Shown here in pieces: positions 1 through 10,276 of a DNA stretch of 64,000 bases; the stretch's first letter is position 1; every line of letters begins with the position of its first letter. This DNA comes from Podospora anserina (lineage: Eukaryota). A model generated the notes under the pieces. The model made no database searches and was not told the origin of the DNA. It saw nothing but the letters and a program-made list of their open reading frames with translations. The stretch covers positions 1,426,001 to 1,490,000 of the forward strand of contig CM030338.1 in NCBI GenBank assembly GCA_017654855.1, read 5' to 3'. The position numbers and the translations under genes were made by a program.

Positions 1-1237
1 GACGAGCCCAGAAGCTGGGGATGGATCGTTCTTCACCCACCTTCTAGGCCGTTCTCCCCATACTTGCTTCTCGGCCTCACTGGCCACACTCAACTACATC
101 TACCACGCAGCCACCCTTTCTACAAGACTTGTATTGAACGCCGCCAATTAGACAAGTTACGGGTACCAAGATACGGGTACAGGATGCGGGTAGCGTAGGG
201 CCTTGCCCACGCACTTCCCACCTCTCTCAACCACACCTCCATCTTCCTCACACCACTGGACTCACGCCCCCCTCCCTCTTCTTCCACCCAAACCCCTCCC
301 TTCTCCGCCGACACTGCAACTGCTCCCGTACCCGGGTCCCATCTCTCATCACATACCACCTCCAGGATCCGATCCGATCCAATACACCCTTTCTCGGCCC
401 CCTCTCGCTCGGCCAGGGCTGGTTACCGACAGGTACACTAACCCCGACACGATAGATCTTGCATGCAAGTTTGCTGCAGGATGCGGGAGGGAATTATGCA
501 AAGTGGATTACACTACCATTGGGGGGCCAGCTAGACAGTGTGTGAGATTTGTGTGTGAGCTGACGTTCACGGTGACGTGCATGAGTTGGAACCCACTCAT
601 CCTGACGGACCTAGACCGAACTATATCAGGTTTTGATTGTAAGACAGTTCTCTGTGGGCGGGTACCATCGGACCGGGGATTTGAGACGGGGAGATCTAGA
701 TCTAGTGTAGATGATGTCTTACGAGTTTGATGATTGAGTTTTCTCGGCGATGAGGGGACGGGGGTTGACATGTGGAGAAAGGAACTACCGTATTCTGGGG
801 GAGAGAGGGGGTTTGTGAGGTGAGGGGAAAGAAGGGGTAGGGGATTCTAGATTGGTGGAGGAGTGGATACCGACAGTTCGATCATCTGCAGGTGAGTGTA
901 TGTATGTTGTTTCTAAACTGAGTAGTATTGCGCGGTTAGAGGTGGGGGTTTGGGGTGGGTGGTTGGTTGTTGGCTTTCTACTATTGTATGTATAGATTCG
1001 ATCCATCCACTGTGTGGAGTTCATATGTCTGTGATAGAGTGTTGTTTTTCGCTTCAGTTCATCGCTGATTACTGGCACTTGCGAGGTTTTTTTGTGGTGG
1101 ACTGATTAGTCGGGAGCGAAAAGGGGGGGGGATGGCGGGGGGAGTATACTGTCAGTCAGCACTTTAATCTGACTTGTCATTTGTGTCTTTTTCGTATTGT
1201 CCCCAGTGTTAATTAGTGATGGCTTACAGATATATAG

Positions 1238-1266
<29 letters not shown>
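1238..1266. repeat. Poly(A) homopolymer, 29 nt
   Basis: Uninterrupted A run read directly from the sequence. Confidence 0.9.
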
Positions 1267-1268
<2 letters not shown>

Positions 1269-2388
1269 CGTTGAGATTTTAGAGGGCGGTTGGCATCGGG
1301 AATGAGACAGACAGACAGACAGACAAGAAGAAGTTTGTGATGGGAGTACCTTACCTTGGAGCAGCTATTCGGGAAGAAAAAAAGGATCTTGTGTGGTCGG
1401 AATCCTTGCTTGACAACGAGACAGGATTCCCGAGAATGGAAAAATCGTCCGAACATTCAGCCTAAGCCAAGGAGGGGAGGGGTCGGGGGGGTGTTACACG
1501 ACAGACAGATAGCTAAAAACATCAAAAAACACACAACATCGAGGATTCCCCAGCGGTCACCCAACCTGAGTCCTGGTTCGACTCTCAGCCATTTTGAAAA
1601 TGAGGGCAGAGCGGACGGGATACCGTATATTTTTTTCTATAGCTGGATATGGTCGTATGTGCTATCCAACTCCGGAATTGGGCCCTTTTGCATCCTCCCG
1701 TTGATATCGTCAGACAACAGACATGATGAATTCCCGAACAAATCCAACAAGTTTGCTGTCCCATCTCTTTCGCTTATTTGAGGGATGGATGTATGAAGAA
1801 GATATTCTCAGGTTATAATTCAACACATCAGTCCTCAAAAGCCACACTGGGGTGAGGAACAATACAAAAAAGAAAAACACAGAAAAAGATCTAGAAGTAA
1901 ATAAGTCAGTAGCACCGCAGCAAAATTTTGAGCCCATCACATCATCATGATTCTCTCAGTCAAGTAGCGAAGGAAAGACAAAAGGTCAACATCAATTATT
2001 CCAAAAACACAGATTTTAAAAAGGCATCCCCCATGTATCTAACTCGGCCTTCTCTCATCCCAAATACAGCATGTCTCTCTCTGCCTGCCACGATCTATCT
2101 AGTATACATCCAACAAGCTGCAAAAGACTAAACAACAAACAAAGATGCTATTTCAATTAACTCCACGCTTTTTTGGTTATCATGAGCTTTTCAAGCGGAC
2201 CAAAATGCTGCCTTCACACAAGATTTTCCCCTCCTCCCCTGATCACCTCTCCTCCCCTCCACACCCCTTTTGCCGCTCTTTTGCCTTTTCTTTTGTTTGT
2301 GTGTCCAGCCACCCCAGTCAAGTCATAAACCGTCATCAGCTTTGGATCTTGTATGTACATCTGGGTCGTCAGAGAACCGGCTGTCAAT

Positions 2389-3966
2389 CTATGCCGACGC
2401 GGTGGTGGTGGACTCGAGGGTGGCCTCGACAACAGCTGAGGGCTGGATCTCGACCACGGCGACGAGGTCCTCGGGCTTGACCTCGGCGATGTAGTTGCCC
2501 TTGCCGTTGTAGCCATTGTAGCCATTGTAGCCATTGTAGCCATTGTAGCCATTGTAGCCATTGTAGCCAGGGCCGCCATAGCCATTGTGACCAGACTTGT
2601 GCCCTTCATTACCGTAGCCAGGACCGCCATAGCCGTTGTGGGCAGACTTGTGCCCTTCGTTGCCATAACCAGGGCCGCCATATCCAGACTGGTGGCCACC
2701 ATAGTTTTGCCCATCGTGTCCATGCTTGTTCCCATCATGACCGTACTTGTTCCCATCATGACCATACTTGTGCCCTTCGTTACCATAGCCAGGGCCACCG
2801 TAGCCAGACTCATGAGCGCCATAACCAGAGCCGTGCCCACCGTAGTTGTTGCCGTCAGGGCCACCATAGCCAGAACCGTGAGAGACACCACCGTAGCCGC
2901 CCTGGCCGAACCTGTGACCGTCGTGACCATAGCCAGAGTTGTGACCGTCGTACTTGTTGCCATAGCCGTCATTGCCGCCATGGACAGAGCCATGGCCACC
3001 GTAGTTGTTGCCGAAACCATTGCCGTAGCCGTCGTAGTTGCCATGGCTGTTGTGGGCGCCAACATAGCCGCCGTAACCACTGCCGCCATAGTTGCCACCG
3101 GGCCCGCCATAACCGGAGCCGTGACTGCCGTAACCGGAACCGTGACCACCATAGTTGTTGCCGTTCCCGTAGTTGTCACCGTGTCCGCCGTAGTTGCCGA
3201 GCCCACCATAGTTGTTACCGCGGCCACCATAGTTACCACCAGGTCCATAGTTATTGCCGTGGCCACCGCCATAACCGCCGTAACCGCCACCGTACCCGCC
3301 CTGACCACCATAACCCCTCTGGCGGCCATCGCAGTTGTCATAGTTGTGGCTATTCTGGTCGCAGTAACCCTCCGAATCATAGCCGGAAGGTGAGTAGCCA
3401 GCGCCGTAGCCCCGACCACCACCATAGTTGTTGCCGCCATAGCCGCCATAGCCGCCACCACCGTAGCCCTTGCCACCGTGCTTCTCGATCCATCCGGGGG
3501 GAACGGGGCGGAGGCAGCGGATGCGGCCGTTGTACTTCTTCTCAAGGTCGTAGCAGCCCTGGAAGAGGATGCCAAAGTACTGGCCACCGCACTCGAACTT
3601 GCCGTGCTTGTCCTGAAAGCCACCGAAGGCGGCAGCCAGACCGTCAACGTAGACGGACTTGCGGTGGTCGGCTACTTTGGTCTTGAAGAAACATGTGTCA
3701 GTAAATCAACAAGCAAGCCTTGATGGGGCAGGGAGGCTTACATCGCAGTTGAGCTTATTGCGGTATTCGTTACCGTTGTTCTTGTTGCAGTCGCAATTGT
3801 CATAGACGGTGAAGTCGCTGTAGCTGGCCAGATCCGTGACGGCAGTCAGGTTTACCGCAGGAGGAGGGATAGTGTTGAGATCGAGCTCGGAGGGAGTCGG
3901 GGCCGCTCTGATGCCGTGGGCAAGCACCAAGGCCGCGAGGCCGGTGCGGAGGGTACTCAAAGACAT
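2389..3966 (-). CDS. Secreted Gly/Tyr/Asn/His-rich low-complexity protein with Cys-rich N-terminal domain, ~505 aa, 2 exons (3966-3742, 3681-2389)
   Basis: ATG at 3966 gives a signal-peptide-like start (MSLSTLRTGLAALVLAHGIRA-APTP). A 60-nt intron (3741-3682; GTAAGC donor, TACTGAC branch, AAG acceptor) joins in phase to a stop-free 1293-nt exon reading TKVADHRKSVYVDG...FECGGQYFG...GGYGGNNYGG...(GYN)7 G...TTTASA*. Codon usage (GGC/TAC/AAC) is typical of fungal genes. The track's 2214-3647 and 2587-3393 ORFs are off-frame shadows. Confidence 0.85.
2503..2568 (-). repeat. Coding 9-bp tandem repeat (GGCTACAAT)x7 encoding (Gly-Tyr-Asn)7
   Basis: gccattgta occurs 6 times perfectly plus one variant copy on the plus strand. 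Confidence 0.9.
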
Positions 3967-5057
3967 GACGCTGGTACTCAGAATGCTGCTCAAAGAAATG
4001 AGGAGAATACGAGGCCGATTGACTGGATGAAAGAGGATGATGGAGGAATGAGCTGATGGAGGCCTGGGAGAGATACTGGGAGCTGGAGTTCTTATGTTTT
4101 GGCTTTGCCCCTATCTTCGCGCCTCATGTGCGGATGGAATGCCCCTTGACCTCATCTCAGTATCATGAACATGACTCTTGGGCTGCTATGGACGAGAGTC
4201 CGACTGTTGATGTCCACGATGTGGAGGGGGCTAGGGGATGGGACCATGGTTTTGCTGTCAAGTTTGATCATGGAACACGAGGCCAAGATTGAGTCCGCAG
4301 ACAACCGATCTGTCGAGTGGTGTTTTCCCTGAATTGGTCCCTGACCGAAGTTAAGTCGTCCCCGTGGCGTCGGAGGTGCGAAAGTCAGAAGAATGGGGAC
4401 TGAGATATGGCGAACAAACTGGATTGGCTGCTAAAGTGCGGAGGGCGTGGTGCCTTAGTGTTGGTTTCCTCGTGGCGGTTGCCGCCAAAGCTTCAGTTGA
4501 CTTCATGATCGTGGTGGTAGCATTGGTTGCCGTATGCACTTATTTGAGTCAGCATCTTCTGGAGTCTGCCATGACAGAGGGGATGTCCGAAGAGAAGAAA
4601 GCGGTCTCTTTGGTAGCTCTTTCCTTCTCCCCACGATGGCTCCTTCCCTGTCTGCGGGCTTTCCCTCTGTGCTCTTTCATTGTCATTCCACCGTTCCTTC
4701 TTGACCCTCACGGCTCCTTCCTCCTCTTGAGTCTTCATTTCCCTTGGCTCCTTCCATTTCACATACGGTACAGGAGTGTGTATAAAGTGTGCCAACGTTA
4801 CCTATCTCATATGTAAGTAGGGTACACGCTCCACACATCAATGCTGCTCTGTTCTGCAATTCATCAATCCTTCCCCCTATCTTCGTATCCATCATGTCTC
4901 AATAAACCCCTAAACCCCATAAATGTCAAGTAAATCAAGAAAGCAAGCAAGAACCCAACCCATTACCAATCCCAAGCAAAACAAACCCACCGCTAGACTC
5001 CAAACCCAAAACTCCAGACCATGCCCTCTTCTTCACTCGACCCATCCCACTGTCGAT

Positions 5058-5480
5058 TCACGTAACCTTACAAAGCAACTCCGCCTCCAGAATGAACTTT
5101 CCCTCCTTGTACTTCTCCGAGCTCTCATACGCCCTGTCATACTTCCACCCCACCACATCCTTGCACTGCCGGCACTGTATATCCCTCACGACATGCCTCC
5201 CCGTCGTCATGTTGCGTTCCGAGGGGTCGCCCGTCTCGACGTTGACGACCGTGTTGAAGAGGTAGGCTTTGCCATGTTGGCCGCGGAAGTTCTGGTGGTG
5301 GGAAATAGGCGAGCGGTTAGCGAGTCCCCTGTTGTACAAGGAGGGGGGGGGAGAAGGGACAATGGAAGGGGAAGGACATACCCGCGAAATGATGTCATGG
5401 GCGTTAGCCAAGTGTGCCTTACAGTTCTTGCAGCCGTAGATGACGTCCGAGTTGAGGTAGGTGTTGTATGTTAGGCCCAT
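5058..5480 (-). CDS. MOH1: Yippee/Mis18-family zinc-binding protein (Moh1/YPEL5-like), 110 aa after removing a 90-nt in-frame intron (5381-5292)
   Basis: YGCKNCKAHLA...IISR|NFRGQHGKAYLF...ERNMTTGRHVVRDIQCRQC...VGWKYDRAYESSEKYKEGKFILE; two CxxC pairs; GTATGT...GCTAAC...CAG intron. Confidence 0.92.
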   Translation of the reverse strand: MGLTYNTYLNSDVIYGCKNCKAHLANAHDIISRVCPSPSIVPSPPPSLYNRGLANRSPISHHQNFRGQHGKAYLFNTVVNVETGDPSERNMTTGRHVVRDIQCRQCKDVVGWKYDRAYESSEKYKEGKFILEAELLCKVT

Positions 5481-6506
5481 GGTTGCGGTTTTGGGGGGCG
5501 GCTCCCTTGGACCACTCTCCCTGCCTAGCTAGCTGGCGATGGGTAGCTTGATTTCTTGTGTCTTGTTTTACTTTGGTTATGGCTGTTGCTGGCTTGGGCC
5601 GATATGGATGTGGTAGTTGTTAGCGACGGCGGTATTCTGTGAGGTGCGATCAGGACAGATAAACACGAATAGACAGGCGGTAAGGCAGCACGAGTCGACA
5701 GCAGGCAGGAAAGCACGGGATCTGGTTCGGATATCGGATACTGGCTCTCTCGAGTCAACACCTCGGGATCGGGGATCGCTATCGGGGGCGTCGGGAGTGT
5801 CGGGATTGGGCTACTTCGGCAGCGGTAATGAACAAGTGGTGAAACAGACGACAGTACAGGTGCAGTAGATATCCCACGACAAGGCAAACAAACACAAGAG
5901 AATAGTTGGGAAGTTATCACGGGATGAACCCCGAACCTTGATGGATAGGATGGAGAAACAAGCAAATGGCAAGCAAGTGTAATGATGACCAGCGATAAGA
6001 CAAGGGCGCGTGGGCACACCTGGCAGCGCTGATAAAGAACGAGGTTCCCAGTGAAGGCCAACCGCATTTGGGGGAACGCCGGAACGACGTCACGAGCGTT
6101 AGCCCCCAGGCGGAGCTGTTGGGTGTGGTCAAATGCGGGGTCGACTCCTCCCCCTGTCACTGGGCAGCATGCTGAGTGCCGTGTGACCCCCTGAATGGTA
6201 ACAACAACACACCGAAGAGAAGCTGAAATGCAACCGTGGAATGGAAATATAGATAATCAAATATTTACAATATGAATGTTGTTGTGTGAGATCCAAAATA
6301 TTCTTGGTATCTATCTTCTCATCATCATCAGGCTTGTCTAAGCCTTTTACTTCCTCTCCTGAATCGCTGCGCGATACCTCGGGTGAGCGCCAAAATCGAA
6401 TCATCCCAACTCCAGAAAAACAAAGAAAAAATATGTACAAGGGAATGAAAATAAATATGCAATGCCACCACCTCCTCTCACTCCCCTTTCATCTCCTATC
6501 GTGTGA

Positions 6507-8357
6507 CTACCACGAAAAGGCCTCCTCCACAAAGTCCACAGCTCCGTTATACTGCTTATTTCTCACTGCCCGCCTGACCTCATCGCTCAGCGCGCCTGGC
6601 CCGCACACAGTCACAGCCATGGTGCCGATCTGGTTCTCCATCTCCATACCCAGCAGTGTGTCGATGTTGGGTCGGCCGGGGAACATCTGTACTGTCGAGC
6701 TGGGGCTGTGAATTTCCTTGGTCGAGCGAGGCCTGCTGACGAACAACATGATCTTGAGAACCTCGCGGCGCTTCTCCATGGCCAGAATCTCGGTCATCCA
6801 GGGGCGAATCCATTCGAGGTGCTCAGGAGTCTGGATCACCCAGACCATGATGACCTTGCGAGCAGCAACTGTCCCGTTGCTATAACCAGCGACGAGATCA
6901 CGGACGTGGGGAACGGCCTGGGTCACACCAACACCACCGGCAAAGAGCATGACTGTTCCGTACGAGTGAAGTTGATGAGAGCCGCGATAGGGACCCTCGA
7001 CAAGACAACGGGTAACAAGCTTTCCGTCGGGGTTGGCGGCCGCGCGGCTGTAGAGTGCACCAGTGAAGCCGGTGCGGCCACGGATGATGAAAGAAACAGA
7101 CGTCTTCTTCTGATACAAGACATCGTGGCGGTCCATCGGGAGACCCTTTTCACCGTCGAGCTGCTCAGCTTCGTCGCTCCAGGCTACGGTGAAAGGGTGA
7201 GATTGCCAGAAACCGATAGATGGCATGTAAAGGTAGGCGTGCTGTCCGGGCCGGAAATCCCAAGGGCGGGCCATGCTGACAGTCACGCGGCAGGCACCGC
7301 CAGGGAGAGCCTCAACGAGAGTCTTGGTCCCACCGGCTCCGATGTTGCGATATCCGACACGAAGGAAACGGGCAGCACGGTCAAAGATCCACAGGGCACA
7401 AACGGCGTAGAGATACTTGAGCTGTGGGAGCTTCTTGAGGTCGAGGTGGTACCAGAGACCAAGAACCGCCAAGATGGCGAGGGCGATATGGGCAATCTTG
7501 AAGGTCTCATAGTAGGCGTGTCTGAAAATGCTGGATGCCTGAATGCAAAGGGCAATCATGGCACAGGTCGACTACAGAACTTTGTTAGCCATGTTCCTCG
7601 ATACATTAGATCCAAGATAACTTACAATGAATCCCCACATCAGAAACTTGACGGTGATGGCAGTGTTGAAAGCAGCGCTCCAGCCATTCTTGGAAGCATT
7701 GCCAACCAACCAGGCCACTGTGTGGGCAACAGACTCCAGCATGACAATACGCCCAAACCAGCGGTGAAGAAGATTGAAGGTGTCGAAAGAGATGCCGAGA
7801 AGATTGATGAGAGGGTTGTTGCGGCCAGCCATGAGGAACAGAGGGATCATGTTGACAACAGCGAGGTATCCGGTCCTGTTTCTAATGAGTGCCGCAACTT
7901 GACCAAGAGGGCCGGAGAAGTCGATGGTCATGACGCAAAAGGCAACGTTGGTGCCAAGGTAGGCCAAGAGGAAAAAAAGCTGAAGACGGGACGGAAGAGT
8001 GCCGACATTGAGGGCCGAGCTGATCTGGAACTCGCGGTTGTGCCTCTTGCTAAAGATGGGTGCGTAGAGGATGTTCTTCTGGAACCATGAGTAGTTGTGG
8101 GATGGCTTGGCGAAGTATCGCTGTTGGTCGTTGTGAAGGCAGGTTACCGTCCTGACATATCGGACCAAGACTGTGGTAACTCGCCAGATGAGCAGGGCTC
8201 CCGAGACTGCACCCAGAACAATCAACAAGTAGTGAGAAAGCATCTTGTTCACGACAGCATGATCCACGCTGCTGGTAGCTCCTCCCACTGCTGCTCCATG
8301 GCCCCCTCCACCTGCCTGCGCGCCAGCTGTGGCATTTCCCGGAACCGATACCGACAT
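6507..8357 (-). CDS. Ferric/cupric reductase transmembrane component (FRE family), ~598 aa, intron 7625-7572
   Basis: Heme-ligand motifs FNLLHRWFGR...AHT and YETFKIAH...WYH, FAD-binding HPFT, NAD-binding VEGPY and FAGGVGVT, C-terminal VCGPGAL...EEAFSW. A GTAAGT...GCTAAC...TAG intron joins the two track ORFs in frame. Confidence 0.93.
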
Positions 8358-9715
8358 GTTGAATCCTCCCAAATTCTGTCGAGTTATTTTGATGTTCCTG
8401 TCTCCAACAAAAACTGAATCGTGCTCCACTCTATCTTAGTAGGTGGTGTTTGGTAAGTTGAATCGCAACCTATGTCAAAGGTTCATCTGATGTCGCTGAA
8501 TGCTGTCGAAGCTGTACGGGCCACCGATTGTTTTGCCGAGTAGAAAAGAACGAATGCTGTGGTATCCAGATTTCCTGTCCAAGTCCTGCTGGAAGGTTTG
8601 AATACCTATTGTTGAGTGGATTGAGGTGGTGCTCAATGGGATGATGATCAAGGAACGTTGAGCTGCGTGACTGTGATTGCTGATTGTCTGTCTGTCGTCT
8701 TTTTCCCAGTACCCCGATATCTCGCTTTCTATGTCGAATGCCAACCAGATGTGGACAAAAAAAGAATGAAATTGTATGTTTAAACCACACAATGCGTGCC
8801 TCAAGGTCGCAAGGACAGAAGAGAAAGCTCTCGGCCAGTCAAGGGAGAGTGTTGATAGCAATCAAAGGGGGTGGAAAGAATGAAATGCAAAATCAATGCA
8901 GGCTGGGTGGTGCAAGGGGAAAGAGAAGGAAGTCGTCCAAGGACGAAAGATGATGGCAGATCTAGCCAAGAATCCAAGAAACCGGGGGACTGGGAGACAG
9001 ATGAAGGGAGAGACGATGAAAATTGAACGGCTTGTCGACATGGGGGGGTGCGGGAAGCCCGCCAGGGGGCAGCGACCCCTCCTATTTCCTAATTGGGCAT
9101 CTTGCACCGGTCCGTACTGACGCGTCCCGGGGTTGGTACAAGATGGTATTTTCACAATTCCACGGCTAAACTTGCACGTTACAGCGAAAGATGGCGCTGC
9201 TGATTTGAATTTCAATACCATATCTTACCATCCGATCCTGTCTCACCACCCAGCCCCAATGTTCACCTTATGACCCGCGACAAGAATCGAGACCCGACAT
9301 CTGTCTTGCTCCCAGACCAGACATGGCCGCTTGCTGCAACAAGCTCGCCCTGCTTCTTCTGCCAAAGCTCGGCTGGAAGCTGATCCCAGCAAAACCACTT
9401 GACTGGATTCCCGGAGACACATGCTTCGTAATGGTGGTCCGTCCGCTCATGCATTGGCCACCAGGCCTCCTCATCCTCCGCAGCGCAGCGCGGCGGTGCG
9501 AGTGCAAACAGGTACGGGATGCCAAGACAACGCACGAACGGAGCTTCGATTGGGCAAAGGTGAAACGCCACAGGGGAGACCATCGCCTGGGTTGTCCCTG
9601 TGCTGATCCAAGTTCCTCAGCACATCACCTCCTCCCACCACCACAAGAAAAGTCCCTCGGCCAGACTCCCAGAAAATCCAAAAGCCAAGCCCGGCTAGGC
9701 ATCACGACGTAATCT

Positions 9716-10276
9716 CCTGTTGGTTACGGGGTCTAGCCACATCAGGTAAAAGATCCCACAAACATCGAAAAACAGTCAAAACACACCAAAATCAACCGCA
9801 TTTTCGTGTAGAGCTATCTAATGAATATTCTAACTACTTCTTGCTAAAAAAATTAACGCTATTTATATTTGTAAGCCTAATTATGGCAGGATATTAAGTA
9901 AAAGCTTTAAAGCTTATATTATTAAATTTTATTTTTAAAGCTAATAGTTACTAATTTAGTTATAATATTAGTTATTAAATTAGTGATTCAATTAGTTATT
10001 ACATTAGTTACTAAATTAGTTATTAAATCAATTAATTCACTAGTTATTCAATTAGGTAATTATAACTTTTTTAAAACTTTTTTTGGCTGTAATGTATACT
10101 AAAGTATTATTTATATTAAATTTTCATGCTTTTAAATCTTATTTTATATTCATTTCACTTTAATTTAACTGACTTTAGCCTCATAAATATATGTAGTTGT
10201 ATCTGTAAGGTGTCCTTGTGTTTTTTTATGTTTTTCGACAGAAATACTAAAATAAGTTAGGCCTGTAACAAACAGG
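9716..10276. mobile_element. RIP-like degraded non-autonomous TIR element (MITE/Tc1-mariner-like relic; solo LTR not excluded)
   Basis: Abrupt AT-rich, TpA-rich island in ~50% GC DNA. Imperfect inverted ends CCTGTTGGTTACGGGGTCTAGC versus revcomp CCTGTTTGTTACAGGCCTAAC, with a shared subterminal TCGAAAAACA. TA at 9725-9726 and 10266-10267 could be a target-site duplication. No ORF. Confidence 0.7.
9944..10063. repeat. Ten tandem 12-bp units (consensus TTAGTTATTAAA) inside the element
   Basis: ATAGTTACTAAT/TTAGTTATAATA/TTAGTTATTAAA/TTAGTGATTCAA/TTAGTTATTACA/TTAGTTACTAAA/TTAGTTATTAAA/TCAATTAATTCA/CTAGTTATTCAA/TTAGGTAATTAT in exact 12-nt register. Confidence 0.85.

Noticed and set aside
2389-3500. 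Repeat protein as a Kex2-processed repeat (KEP/dikaritin RiPP) precursor
   Set aside because: No KR/RR sites delimit the repeats, and no DUF3328/UstYa or tyrosinase gene is visible in the window.
2214-3647. 477-aa minus ORF and 268-aa plus ORF (2587-3393) rich in Ala/Thr/Met/Val
   Set aside because: Off-frame and antisense shadows of the Gly/Tyr/Asn repeat exon; the spliced frame carries the signal peptide and typical codon usage.
4351-4895. Several short ORFs between the G/Y/N/H gene and yippee
   Set aside because: No recognisable motif or convincing splice model; cannot be supported as genes.
5525-6160. 211-aa ORF as an N-terminal extension or readthrough partner of the yippee gene
   Set aside because: Non-ATG start, ends out of frame with the yippee ATG (44-nt offset), and has UTR/promoter-like composition.
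6708-8090. 460-aa antisense ORF over the ferric reductase, and similar long antisense ORFs over CLU1, the MFS genes, DUF1996 and TFC4
   Set aside because: Expected from GC3-rich codon bias on the sense strand; no recognisable domains.
9944-10063. CRISPR-like array
   Set aside because: Contiguous 12-bp tandem units without unique spacers, eukaryotic context, no cas genes.
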